NCBI GenBank assembly: GCA_963736855.1
Contig: CAVTQK010000009.1
Coordinates: 576,001-640,000 of the forward strand
DNA length: 64,000 nucleotides
Source of the DNA: an uncultured delta proteobacterium
GTDB lineage: Bacteria > Desulfobacterota > Desulfobacteria > Desulfobacterales > UBA2156
Reading direction: 5' to 3'
The position numbers were made by a program, and so were the translations under genes. The notes beneath the pieces were generated by a model, which was not told the origin of the DNA, did not search any database, and was given only the letters and a program-made list of their open reading frames with translations. Shown piece by piece: positions 42,021 to 52,292 of the stretch. Position 1 is the first letter of the stretch. Each line of letters begins with the position of its first letter.

Positions 42021-43575
42021 TTACAACGGCATGTTGCCGTGTTTCTTGGGCGGGTTGGTGTCGCGCTTGTTTTTCAGCATGCGCAGGGCCTGGATCAGTT
42101 TGGGCCGGGTCTCGGCCGGATCGATGACCTCGTCGATGTAACCCAGCTCGGCGGCGCGGTAGGGATTGGAGAATTTTTCGCGGTAGTCTTCGATCAAGCG
42201 GCTTGCGCTCGGCCTGGGGATCAGCGGCCGACTCGATCTGTTCGCGGCTGATGATGTTCACCGCGCCCTCGGCGCCCATCACGGCGATTTCGGCTGTGGG
42301 ATAGGCGATGTTGATGTCGCCGCGGATGTGCTTGGAACTCATCACGATGTAGGCTCCGCCGTAGGCCTTGCGGGTGATGACGGTGATGCGCGGCACCGTG
42401 GCCTCGCAGAAGGCATAGATCAGTTTGGCGCCGTGCTTGATGATGCCGCCGTGCTCCTGATGGGTGCCGGGCAGAAAGCCGGGCACGTCCTCGTAGATGA
42501 TCAGGGGGATGTTGAAGGCATCGCAGAAGCGTACGAAGCGGGCGCCCTTGATGGAGGCATCGATGTCCAGGCAGCCGGCCATGACGGATGGGCTGATTGG
42601 CGACGATGCCCACCGGCGCGCCCTCCAGGCGGCCGAAGCCCACCACGATGTTGCGCGCCCAGTGTTCGTGGACTTCGAAGAAGTGACTGGTCATCCAGGT
42701 TGGAGCGAATGATTGTGCGCATGTCGTAGGGCTTGTTGGGATCGGCGGGCACCGCGTCGCGCAGATCCTCGTCGCGTCGCGCCGGATCGTCGCTGCAGGC
42801 AGTGCGAGGCGGATCCTCCATGTTGTTCTGGGGCAGATAGCTCATCAGTTCCCGGATCATGGCCATGCAGGCACGGTCATCCGGCGCGGCAAAGTGGGCC
42901 ACACCGCTTTTGGCCGCATGGGCCATGGCGCCGCCCAGGTCCTCCTTGGAAACCGTCTCGCGGGTCACGGCCTTGATCACTTCCGGGCCGGTGATGAACA
43001 TGTAGCTGGTTTTTTCTACCATGAAGATCCAGTCGGTCAGGGCCGGCGAGTAGACCGCTCCTCCGGCCGACGGCCCCATGATGGCCGTGATCTGCGGAAT
43101 CACCCCCGAGGCCATGACATTGAGCAGAAAGATATCGGCGTACCCGGCCAGGCTCGTTGACGCCTTCCTGGATGCGGGCCCCGCCCGAATCGCACAGGCC
43201 GATGACAGGCGCGCCCACCTTCATGGCCATTTTCATCACCTTGCAGATTTTTTCGGCATGGGCCAGGGAGAGCGACCCGCCGAAGGAGGTGAAATCCTGG
43301 GCAAAGACGAAAACCTGCCGACCGTGGATCGTGCCCCACCCGGTGACCACGCCGTCGCCGGGGATCTGATTGTCTGCCATGCCGAAATCGGTGCATCGGT
43401 GCGTTTTCAAACGGTCCAGTTCTCGGAAAGTGTGAGGGTCGAGCAGCGCGTCCAGACGTTCACGGGCGGTGAGTTTGCCGCCCTCGTGCTGCTTGCGGAT
43501 GCGCTCGGTGCCGCCGCCTTCCAAGGCCCGGCGGTTTCTCTCTTCCAACTGTGTCAGCAACTCTTTGTTCTCCAT
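42021..43575 (-). CDS. Acyl-CoA carboxyltransferase (methylmalonyl-CoA decarboxylase alpha / PccB family), frameshifted
   Basis: [59 protein letters not shown]. Confidence 0.9.
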
Positions 43576-43820
43576 GGACTTTCCTTTCTGAGCGCCGTGT
43601 TGACCACATCCCTAGACTGCTATGGTAAATTTTTATCTTTTATAGAAGATGGTGTAAAAAAACAATTGTTTTTCGATTACGGACGGGTTGATCCTTCGAT
43701 GCCCCCGTTGCTACAGCGACTTGGAGATCAATTATGGCGGCACCCTAATAACTCACTTTGCCGAAGGCGTCCGGCAGCGCTGCAACAGCGAACTGGCCTG
43801 CATATTTTTCACCTTGGTCT

Positions 43821-45032
43821 CTAATGTTTCTTGGACGGTGAAAAATCCTTCATAAGAGGAAAGAAAACACCGAGAATAAAAAAAATCACCAGTGCAGTGA
43901 TAAAAAACCCCTTCTCAAACCCGATCATCGGGATGATTCTTCCCATCAAAGCGGAACTGAGCATCATTCCGAAATAGATGCAGGTATTATAGCCTCCCAT
44001 AGCGAGTCCTCGTGATTCCGGGGGCACGACTTCGGCGATGAGCGCCCCGATCGAGGTGAAAGCCAGCCCCATGCTGATTCCCAGGGTGAGAGCAAAAAAA
44101 ATGAAATGAAGCATAGTTCGGGATATTCCGAAACCGGCCATGGTCGCAGCAAATCCGATAAATCCGATGACAACCAAGGTTCTCCGATCACGAACCCTGT
44201 CGCTCATGTGACCGAAAGGAATACGGGAAACGGCATTACAGAGTCCCTGAGCTGAAAATATCAATCCGATTTGTCCGACATTGAGGTTTTGATTTTGAGC
44301 ATGAAGAGGGATGAAGGTGATGAACATGCCGAGTCCGAAGCAACCGCCCAGTGTGGTGAGCCAACAGGCCAGAAGAGGGCGATTTTTCACCAAACTTTTA
44401 ACGACTTTCGAAATTTTAGGCTTCTCTGAACCGGCACTGTAAGTTGAGTGAAAAGAAGGCAAAATGAGAGCCACTACCCCAAATGTGACTAGAATGACTG
44501 CCCCGGAGATAAGAAAAACCTGCAAGTATCCCATTTCATGAGCCACAAATCCTCCCACCGCGGGCCCCAGGCTCATGGCAGTGTAAAGGGCCGTTGTGTA
44601 CCACCCATAGGAACGCCCCAGGTGAGTGGGCGGAGAAAAATCAGCGACAAATGACATCATCGTCGGACCGAAGGCGGCCAGACCTATACCGAAGAAGAGA
44701 TAGATCCAGGTGATCTGTGCAGGAGTCTCACTGAAATAGAGCAGGAACGAAGTGGCCGATAAAATGAGTAATCCCAGAGATGCGAGCAATTTACGCCCTA
44801 AACGATCCGAGAGGATTCCGAAGGGCAGCGATAACACTCCCGCCATGAGAAAGAACGCTGAATTGATGATTCCCACCTGCGCCGTATCGGCGCCCAGAGA
44901 CCGTGCATAAAGAGGAACGACGGGCATTCGCATGTAAGAGCCCAGATAGCAACAGAAAGCAACCCCGCAGCACATGAAGAGCAGGGTTGCATAAGACGGA
45001 TAAATCAGTTCGTTCCGTGTAACGGTTTTCAT
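43821..45032 (-). CDS. MFS transporter
   Basis: About 12 TM, motif A G.LSDRLGRK, second-half SDR..RR. Confidence 0.92.
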   Translation of the reverse strand: MKTVTRNELIYPSYATLLFMCCGVAFCCYLGSYMRMPVVPLYARSLGADTAQVGIINSAFFLMAGVLSLPFGILSDRLGRKLLASLGLLILSATSFLLYFSETPAQITWIYLFFGIGLAAFGPTMMSFVADFSPPTHLGRSYGWYTTALYTAMSLGPAVGGFVAHEMGYLQVFLISGAVILVTFGVVALILPSFHSTYSAGSEKPKISKVVKSLVKNRPLLACWLTTLGGCFGLGMFITFIPLHAQNQNLNVGQIGLIFSAQGLCNAVSRIPFGHMSDRVRDRRTLVVIGFIGFAATMAGFGISRTMLHFIFFALTLGISMGLAFTSIGALIAEVVPPESRGLAMGGYNTCIYFGMMLSSALMGRIIPMIGFEKGFFITALVIFFILGVFFPLMKDFSPSKKH

Positions 45033-45234
45033 TCCTATTCCTTCACCAACGCATATCGCTTTTGCAGATCTGATGGATCATTTCGCAAAATCGTCTCACA
45101 AGCGAAACGATGACGCAATATAAAATCATGAAAATGTAGGTTTTCTACAGCGGGTCGGTTCGCTGTTGACAGGACGATGCGCTATTCGTATCATACACGT
45201 ATTAGGAAATTCACAATATATGAAGGAGTCGGAA

Positions 45235-45561
45235 ATGGCAGAAGCAAAAGGATTGAGCAAACCGGTTAAGTTGAAAAATGAGCTGGCAGAGTTACTGGAA
45301 GCAAAAGAGCTTCCCAGGACAGAGATTACCAAAAAATTATGGGACTACATTAAAGCGAATAAACTTCAGACAAAGACTGAAAATGGAAAGCCTGAAAATG
45401 CAGGCAAGTTCATTGTGGCTGATGCTAAATTGCTCCCGATCTTTAAAAACACAAAATCCCAAAGCAAATCCGGCAAGGTTACTGACCTTACAAATCTGAA
45501 AGAAGGCCAGACGATCAACATGATGCAGGTAGCCGCTGTTGTCAGCGCAAACATAGAATAA
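45235..45561 (+). CDS. Stand-alone SWIB/MDM2 domain protein
   Basis: GLSKPVKL..ELA, PRTEITKKLWDYIK.N.LQ, ADAKL. Confidence 0.85.
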   Translation: MAEAKGLSKPVKLKNELAELLEAKELPRTEITKKLWDYIKANKLQTKTENGKPENAGKFIVADAKLLPIFKNTKSQSKSGKVTDLTNLKEGQTINMMQVAAVVSANIE

Positions 45562-45567
45562 TCTAAA

Positions 45568-45606
45568 TGTGTCGGGCCTGCATATGAATAATGCAGGCCC
45601 GACACA
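45568..45606. repeat. Perfect 16-bp inverted repeat (REP-like or terminator hairpin) after the SWIB gene
   Basis: tgtgtcgggcctgcat-7 nt-atgcaggcccgacaca; no U-tract. Confidence 0.75.
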
Positions 45607-45629
45607 CCTGAGAAAACAATACGAAGCGA

Positions 45630-45699
45630 ATCGGGTAAGGGGGAGTCTTTCTCTTCTCCTCCCCACACCACCTGCATACGGGCCAGCACTAAGCGGTTC
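45630..45699 (-). mobile_element. Group IIC intron 3' relic (domains V-VI only)
   Basis: Minus strand GAACCGCTTAGTGCTGGCCCGTATGCAGGTGGTGTGGGGAGGAGAAGAGAAAGACTCCCCCTTACCCGAT: CGC triad, GGTGGTGTG, D6 stem with bulged A, terminal AT. Confidence 0.75.
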
Positions 45700-45766
45700 G
45701 AAAAAATTATCGGACCATATCCGGATAAAAGTATCAGTCCGCAGTTCTTTGAGAGGAGAATGACCC

Positions 45767-46912
45767 ATGGCGTATAAAGATATCCTGAAAAACGGAATAA
45801 GGACGTTCGAGGATCTGGAGAAATGGCTCACCGGGCAGAAGGCGAGGGTCGATCCCAGACTCAGGGAGGTCATCGCCAGATATCCCATGAGAGTCAATAC
45901 CTATTATCTCGGACTCATCGAAAAGATGAACGACGGCATATGGAAACAATCGATTCCCAACGTCGAGGAACTCGAGCATTACATGGACCTGTCGGAGGAT
46001 CCGCTGGATGAGGAGGGAGACATTCCTCTCGGCGGCCCGAGGACCATCATACATAGGTATCCGGACAGGGTTCTGTTGTTCGTGTCCAATGAGTGCGCGA
46101 TGTACTGCAGATTCTGCACCAGAAAACGGAAAGTGGGCGACGATCGTAAAAATCCGTCCAAAGAGGAGATCGGCAAGGGGATCGAATACATCGCGTCCCA
46201 CGAAGATATCAGAGACGTGCTGATCTCCGGTGGGGATCCCTTGCTGATTCCGACCAAAAGACTCGATGAGATCCTCGGCGGTCTCAGAGCCATCCGGCAC
46301 CTGGATCTGATCAGAATCGGCACGAGGGTTCCGTGCGTCTGGCCGCAGAAAATAATCGAAGACACGGAATTGATCGAGATGCTCAAGAGCCATACGCCTC
46401 GGTCGCTCAAGAATCCACAGATCTATATCAACACACACTTCAACCATCCCTGTGAAATCACGGACCAGAGTTATCAGGCCGTCAAGATTTTGAGGGATCT
46501 GGGCATTCCCGTTGCGAACCAGAGCGTCCTGCTCAAAGGGGTCAACGACGACACGGACGTGATGAGGGACCTGGTGCATGGTCTGGGCAGGATGGGAGTA
46601 CGGCCCTATTATCTCTACTACGCCGATCTCGTTGAGGGAACAGGTCATTTTCGAACCGAAGTGTACAAAGGAAAAGAAATCTGCCGAGACCTCTGCGGGG
46701 CCACCACCGGTTTTCTGCGCCCCACCTATGTCGTGGACGCGCAGGGCGGACGGGGCAAAGTCCCGGTGGACCTCGGCTTCTCGGACGGAATCAGCGAAGA
46801 CAAAAAGGGCGGAATACTCACTTCAGCCATCGGACTCGGAAAGGTCTATGTGAACGATCCGATCGAAAAAATCGAGGGGAAGCCGACGCGGCACAATCCG
46901 AACCGGAAGTAA
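45767..46912 (+). CDS. KamA-family radical SAM aminomutase (lysine 2,3-aminomutase-like)
   Basis: HRYPDRVL, CAMYCRFCTR, SGGDPL, RIGTR, THFNHP, NQSVLLKGVND, GGRGK (PLP Lys). Confidence 0.92.
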   Translation: MAYKDILKNGIRTFEDLEKWLTGQKARVDPRLREVIARYPMRVNTYYLGLIEKMNDGIWKQSIPNVEELEHYMDLSEDPLDEEGDIPLGGPRTIIHRYPDRVLLFVSNECAMYCRFCTRKRKVGDDRKNPSKEEIGKGIEYIASHEDIRDVLISGGDPLLIPTKRLDEILGGLRAIRHLDLIRIGTRVPCVWPQKIIEDTELIEMLKSHTPRSLKNPQIYINTHFNHPCEITDQSYQAVKILRDLGIPVANQSVLLKGVNDDTDVMRDLVHGLGRMGVRPYYLYYADLVEGTGHFRTEVYKGKEICRDLCGATTGFLRPTYVVDAQGGRGKVPVDLGFSDGISEDKKGGILTSAIGLGKVYVNDPIEKIEGKPTRHNPNRK

Positions 46913-46954
46913 AGCAAGGGGCGCGGCCCTGGCTCCATAACGAGCACTTCAATG

Positions 46955-47160
46955 CCGGCGCCCAAGCCATTCGCAGTGTATCGATAAACTCATCCGCCCA
47001 ACGTGAAGCCCGTTCAGGGGTAACGCACAGGTTTCCCCAATACTCCGTTAACAGTTCGAGATAAGGGATTTCGTCGGCCTCCACCGCCGCCCAGAGGCGT
47101 TCGAGCCAATGGTTCCGGAGCCGGTCCCCAGCCGGTGCGTCGGCGATGATTTGAATGTGA
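46955..47160 (-). pseudogene. Fragment of a helical hypothetical protein
   Basis: Protein-like stretch IIADAPAGDRLRNHWLERLWAAVEADEIPYLELLTEYWGNLCVTPERASRWADEFID without a credible start or end. Confidence 0.5.
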
Positions 47161-47269
47161 TGGCGTTATGGGCTTGGAAAAGGAGATAAATTTTGTATGA
47201 TATAATAATCACTTAATGATATCTCAACAAGAAATCAGGTAAAGGGGACAGTTGTTTTCACGAGCAAAC

Positions 47270-48205
47270 ATGGATTCTCCGATATCGATGCGACCGAAAG
47301 TGGTGGTTCTCTGCGGGCCGACGGGGGTGGGGAAGACCGCCGCGGCCATCGCCGTCGCAAAGCACTTTTCCGCCGAGATCGTCAACGCCGATTCCATGCA
47401 GGTGTACCGGTTGATGGACATCGGGACGGCCAAACCCGGGCCGGAAGAACGCCGGGCCGTGCCCCATCACCTCATCGACATCATCGATCCGGACGCACCA
47501 TTCAGCGCCGCCGCCTATGCAACGTTTGCAGCAAAAGTTATCGACACACTCCATGAAAACGGAATCCTCCCTCTTGTCGTAGGCGGAACCGGCCTTTACA
47601 TCAAAGCCCTGCTTCACGGGTTGTTTAAGGAAGTCCCGAAGAATCCACGTATCCGTTCCCGGCTCAAGGCGGAAGCAGCCGTATCCGGAATCGGAGAGTT
47701 GCATGCCCGGCTTCAACACCTGGATCCCGAAGCCGCTCGGCGGATCCATCCCAACGATGCCTTCCGCGTCATCCGTGCCCTGGAAATCTGCGAGTCCACG
47801 CATACCTCCCTCTCCAAACACCATGCCGCTCATGGATTTTCCAAAAAACCCTTCGATGCCCTGAAAATCGGGCTCACCCTGGAACGGAATGTGCTCTACG
47901 ATCGTATCAACCGGCGAGTGGATCAAATGCTCGCCGCCGGTCTCCTGGAAGAGGTGGAGTCCCTCTTGAAAAAAGGATACGATCCCACGCTGAAATCGAT
48001 GCAGGCCATCGGGTACCGTCACATGATACAATTCATTCAAAAAGAAAGGTCATGGGACGAGGCCGTTTCCACCATGAAGCGCGACACCCGCCGGTACGCC
48101 AAACGGCAGTGGACCTGGTTTCGGGCAGACCCGCAGGTGAACTGGTACACACCGGACGCCGTCGAAGACATCTGCCGAGCCGTTGCCGCGCACCTGGAAG
48201 GCTGA
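47270..48205 (+). CDS. miaA: tRNA dimethylallyltransferase
   Basis: GPTGVGKT, NADSMQVY..MDIGTAKP, VGGTGLY, IHPND, QAIGY, TRRYAKRQ.TWF. Confidence 0.97.
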   Translation: MDSPISMRPKVVVLCGPTGVGKTAAAIAVAKHFSAEIVNADSMQVYRLMDIGTAKPGPEERRAVPHHLIDIIDPDAPFSAAAYATFAAKVIDTLHENGILPLVVGGTGLYIKALLHGLFKEVPKNPRIRSRLKAEAAVSGIGELHARLQHLDPEAARRIHPNDAFRVIRALEICESTHTSLSKHHAAHGFSKKPFDALKIGLTLERNVLYDRINRRVDQMLAAGLLEEVESLLKKGYDPTLKSMQAIGYRHMIQFIQKERSWDEAVSTMKRDTRRYAKRQWTWFRADPQVNWYTPDAVEDICRAVAAHLEG

Positions 48206-48339
48206 ATGCTCGTTTGAAAGCAAATATATGCCAATTCTTGTTGACACTTCAATGTATTTATATAAATATCAAACAGTTATAATATTCCTGAATTTTTCAG
48301 ATCCATCCATCACGCTCACTGACCGAAAAGATCCTGGAA

Positions 48340-49353
48340 ATGCCAAGGGATAAACTAAAAAAGAGGATCGCCCTTTTTTTCACCGGAGGCACTATTACCA
48401 TGAAACCGGTCTCCGGCCGGAAAGGAGTCGTTCCCAGCAAAGCCTTCGAGCGCTTCTTCTCCGAATTGGACCCGCTGGTCCATAACGTCCGTATAAAACC
48501 TGTGCCGTGGTCCAACCTGCCTAGTCCTCACATGACTCCGGAAAAGATGTTTCAACTGGCAAAGGACGTGGACGAAAAGCTTGGCGATCCGGACTTCATC
48601 GGCGCCGTGGTGATCCACGGTACCGACGTCCTGGTGGAATCGGCCTATATGGCGGATCTGGTGGTGGCCACTTCCAAGCCCATCATCTTCACCGGCTCCA
48701 TGCGGTACTACAGCGAGGCAGGATATGACGGAATCCGGAACCTGCTCAACAGCATCAAGGCCTGTCTGCTTCCCATGCCGCCCGAAAACAGCGTCTTATT
48801 GCTCATGACCGACCGGCTCTTCGGCGCCCGGGAGGTCATCAAGATCAATGCCTTGAACATGGATGCCTTCGAAGCGCCGGAAAGCGGACCTGTGGCTTAT
48901 GTGGCCGGAGATACGATCCTGCTGACCCGGGGCCGGAAAGGATGCGATCGATCGAAGCGACCGCTTATCCCGACGGAAAGGATCGAACCCCGGGTTGCCT
49001 TGATTACCTGCTATACCGGGATGGACGGCGATCTCATCGAGCATCTGCACCGGCAGGGCGTTGCCGGACTGGTCATCGAAGGATTCGGGGCCGGAAATGT
49101 TCCGCCGGGGATCGTCCCTGCCGTCGAAAAGCTGATCGAGGATGGGATCCCCGTGGTGCTCACCACGCAGTGCGCCGAAGGCGGGGTCTGGCCCATCTAT
49201 GCCTATCCGGGCGGCGGGGCGGACCTGGTCAAAAAAGGGGTGATTCTGGGAGGCAGGCTTTCCGGCGCCAAGGCCCGAATCCAGGTCATGGTCGCCGTGG
49301 GGGCCGGCATGAACCCGGATGAAATCAAAAAGATGTTCGAAAGCAGCTTCTGA
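48340..49353 (+). CDS. L-asparaginase (cytoplasmic type)
   Basis: TGGTI, HGTD, TGSM, G.GAGN. Confidence 0.9.
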   Translation: MPRDKLKKRIALFFTGGTITMKPVSGRKGVVPSKAFERFFSELDPLVHNVRIKPVPWSNLPSPHMTPEKMFQLAKDVDEKLGDPDFIGAVVIHGTDVLVESAYMADLVVATSKPIIFTGSMRYYSEAGYDGIRNLLNSIKACLLPMPPENSVLLLMTDRLFGAREVIKINALNMDAFEAPESGPVAYVAGDTILLTRGRKGCDRSKRPLIPTERIEPRVALITCYTGMDGDLIEHLHRQGVAGLVIEGFGAGNVPPGIVPAVEKLIEDGIPVVLTTQCAEGGVWPIYAYPGGGADLVKKGVILGGRLSGAKARIQVMVAVGAGMNPDEIKKMFESSF

Positions 49354-50753
49354 TGATGAGGAAAACCATGAAACGCATCCGAGTCAAAGCAGCCCTTGCT
49401 TCCGATGCTCCGATGGATTCCATTCGAATCCAGGGTTGGGTCCGCACTCGAAGGGATTCCAAGGACTTTTCTTTTCTCGAGATCAACGACGGATCGTGCC
49501 TGAAGAATATCCAGGTCATTATCGACAAGGATACTCCGGCCTTTGCCGATCTTAAGGACATCCAGACCGGGGCATCCATAGAGGTGTCGGGGGCCTTAAT
49601 GGAATCACCCGGTAAAGGCCAGCGATGGGAAATCAAGGCACGAGACCTGAAGCTCTTCGGTGCTGCGGATCCGGAATCATATCCGCTTCAAAAGAAACGG
49701 CATTCGGATGAATTCCTGCGAACAATGGCCCATCTGCGGCCCCGGACCAACAAATACGGCGCCCTGTTTCGCATTCGATCCGAAAGCGCTTTTTCCGTAC
49801 ATCAATATTTCAGGGACAGGGGATTTATTTATCTGAACAGCCCCATCATTACGGGGTCCGACTGCGAAGGCGCCGGAGAGCTCTTTCGAGTGACCACCCT
49901 TCCTGTCAATCTCCCGCATGCGGAATCGAAAACCGATATCTTTCAGGATGATTTTTTCGGGAAAGAGGCCGGTCTGACGGTTTCCGGACAACTGGAAGCC
50001 GAGTTGTTCGCCTGTGCCATGGGAAATGTCTATACCTTCGGACCGACTTTTCGGGCGGAAAATTCCAACACCCCCCGGCACGCCGCCGAATTCTGGATGA
50101 TCGAGCCGGAGATGGCTTTCGCCGACCTTTCCGACAACATGGACTTGGCCGAAGACCTCGTCAAGCACATGACCCGGCATGTGGTGGAGCAATGCTCAGA
50201 GGATTTGGAACTTTTTACCCGGTTCGTGGACAAAGACCTTATGAAGCATGTGGAGATGGTCCTGAACAGCACCTACGAGCGCATCCCCTATGCCGAAGCC
50301 ATCGATATTTTAAAGAAATCCGCTAAATTGTTCGAGTTTCCCGTCGACTTCGGCGTGGATCTTCAGACCGAACATGAACGGTATCTATGCGAGATGCACT
50401 TTCAAAAGCCGGTCATCGTCTACGATTATCCGAAAGCGATCAAAGCCTTTTACATGCGGCTCAATGACGATAATACCACCGTTGCCGCCATGGATCTTCT
50501 GGTCCCGAGGGTCGGGGAGCTCGTAGGAGGAAGCCAGCGGGAGGAACGTTACGACGTTCTCAAGCGCCGGATCCTGGAAAGCGGTATGGACCCCGCGGAT
50601 TACTGGTGGTATCTGGATATCCGTCGATACGGCACGGTTTACCATTCCGGGTTCGGATTGGGGTTTGAGCGTTTCCTGATGATGGTCACCGGTGTCACCA
50701 ACATCCGGGACATTATCCCCTTTCCCCGGACCCCCAAGCATCTCGAATTTTGA
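49353..50753 (+). CDS. asnS: Asparagine--tRNA ligase
   Basis: GWVRTRR, NDGS, DCEGAGE, LTVSGQL, FRAENSNT.RH.AEFWM.EPE, GGSQRE, GLGFER. Confidence 0.97.
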   Translation: MMRKTMKRIRVKAALASDAPMDSIRIQGWVRTRRDSKDFSFLEINDGSCLKNIQVIIDKDTPAFADLKDIQTGASIEVSGALMESPGKGQRWEIKARDLKLFGAADPESYPLQKKRHSDEFLRTMAHLRPRTNKYGALFRIRSESAFSVHQYFRDRGFIYLNSPIITGSDCEGAGELFRVTTLPVNLPHAESKTDIFQDDFFGKEAGLTVSGQLEAELFACAMGNVYTFGPTFRAENSNTPRHAAEFWMIEPEMAFADLSDNMDLAEDLVKHMTRHVVEQCSEDLELFTRFVDKDLMKHVEMVLNSTYERIPYAEAIDILKKSAKLFEFPVDFGVDLQTEHERYLCEMHFQKPVIVYDYPKAIKAFYMRLNDDNTTVAAMDLLVPRVGELVGGSQREERYDVLKRRILESGMDPADYWWYLDIRRYGTVYHSGFGLGFERFLMMVTGVTNIRDIIPFPRTPKHLEF

Positions 50754-50910
50754 ACTTCGGACGAAACGAGGCCCTTTTTTAAACTATCTGTGTCGTGGGC
50801 ACTAGAAACCGGGGCTGAAGCCCGCTTACGATCCCTTTTCGCTTTTAGTCTATTCGGCTTGCGGGGCAGACGTGCGGGATGCAATCGTCTCCGAAAATTC
50901 TTTCGGCGGT

Positions 50911-51432
50911 CTATTCCCCCTCGAACTCGGTGAGGGTAAAAATTTTATAATTTTGAATCAGCTCACACCCCTTCAAATCAGGCAACCCCACCAGGAAGGC
51001 GCACTCGACGATGATACCGCCAAGCTTTTCCACCAGGCGGGTAGCCGCGGCAATGGTCCCGCCTGTTGCAATCAGGTCGTCCACGATAAGGACTCGGTCC
51101 CCTTTCCGGATAGCGTCTTCGTGAATCTCGACGACGCTGGTTCCATACTCCAGGGAATAGGATTCGCTGACGGTCTTGTAAGGGAGTTTTCCCTTTTTAC
51201 GGATCGGGACAAACCCGGTATTCAGCTTATAAGCCAAAACCGACCCGAAGATGAACCCCCTGGCATCGATCCCAACAACCTTGTCAAGGCCAATGTCCCG
51301 ATACCGTTCGTAAAAAAGGTCGCAGGCCTTTCGAAAGGCTCCGGGATCCTGAAGGAGCGTGGTGATATCCCGGAACATCACCCCCTCGATGGGCCAATGG
51401 GGAACGGTCCGAATTGTTTCTTTTAAATCCAT
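50911..51432 (-). CDS. apt: Adenine phosphoribosyltransferase
   Basis: [31 protein letters not shown]. Confidence 0.97.
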   Translation of the reverse strand: MDLKETIRTVPHWPIEGVMFRDITTLLQDPGAFRKACDLFYERYRDIGLDKVVGIDARGFIFGSVLAYKLNTGFVPIRKKGKLPYKTVSESYSLEYGTSVVEIHEDAIRKGDRVLIVDDLIATGGTIAAATRLVEKLGGIIVECAFLVGLPDLKGCELIQNYKIFTLTEFEGE

Positions 51433-51443
51433 TTTGCAATCCC

Positions 51444-52190
51444 TCACTCGATATTTCCGATGGCATGAACGAGAATCTTTTTGACGTTTTCGGCGTTACG
51501 GTTAGATACGGCTAGAATCTCCTCCCAGGATACCGGGGGTTCATCTTCCTTCCAACAATCATAATCGGTGGACATGGCCACCACGGCATAAGGTATCTTG
51601 ACCTCGTTAGCCAAGGCGGCTTCTGTAGCCACCGACATATTGATCACGTCTCCTCCCCAGGTCTGAAACATCCGTGATTCGGCCCGGGTGGAAAACCGGG
51701 GTCCCTCAATGGTCACCACTGTACCCCCATAATGGGTTTTAAATTTCAACTCAATGGCGGAATCATGCAGGATCTTTCGGAGATTCGCATCAAAGGGGTC
51801 GGCCATAGCGCTATGGTTGATCCCCTTTTCAAACGACTCCCAAAAGGTGTTTTTTCGCAATCGGGTAAAATCGATGAACTGATCAACGATGACGAAATCT
51901 CCCTTCTCGATCCCTGTCTTCAAGCTGCCGCAGGCTGTCGTGGCCAGGATATGGGTGACGCCTTGCTCCTTAAGGGCAAATATATTGGCCCTGAAGTTGA
52001 TCTCGGATGGGCTGTATTGGTGCTTTTTCCCATGGCGGGATAGCAACGCAACCATTTTCCCATGGATGGTGCCTATGGAAAGAGGAGAAGTCGGCCTGCC
52101 ATATGGCGTTTCGACTTCTATCTCCTTTGGATCCAGCAGGATTTCAGGATCGTCCAAGCCGGATCCGCCGATGATGCCGATTTTGACCAT
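51444..52190 (-). CDS. mtnP: S-methyl-5'-thioadenosine phosphorylase
   Basis: [38 protein letters not shown]. Confidence 0.95.
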   Translation of the reverse strand: MVKIGIIGGSGLDDPEILLDPKEIEVETPYGRPTSPLSIGTIHGKMVALLSRHGKKHQYSPSEINFRANIFALKEQGVTHILATTACGSLKTGIEKGDFVIVDQFIDFTRLRKNTFWESFEKGINHSAMADPFDANLRKILHDSAIELKFKTHYGGTVVTIEGPRFSTRAESRMFQTWGGDVINMSVATEAALANEVKIPYAVVAMSTDYDCWKEDEPPVSWEEILAVSNRNAENVKKILVHAIGNIE

Positions 52191-52292
52191 GGATCACCTT
52201 CCTCAGATTAACCGTTAAACTCCATTTTAAAAGCGGAATCACATTTTAAGACAATTAGTATAGTTGGGTGCTCTATCAGGTTCAAGTTAATT

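Noticed and set aside
45734..46648. Long antisense ORFs (also 3140-4156, 47258-48040, 38577-39338)
   Set aside because: Shadows of well-supported genes on the opposite strand
48218..48234. Sigma-54-like TTGGCATATATTTGC on the minus strand
   Set aside because: GG-GC spacing is 9 rather than 10 and it points antisense into miaA
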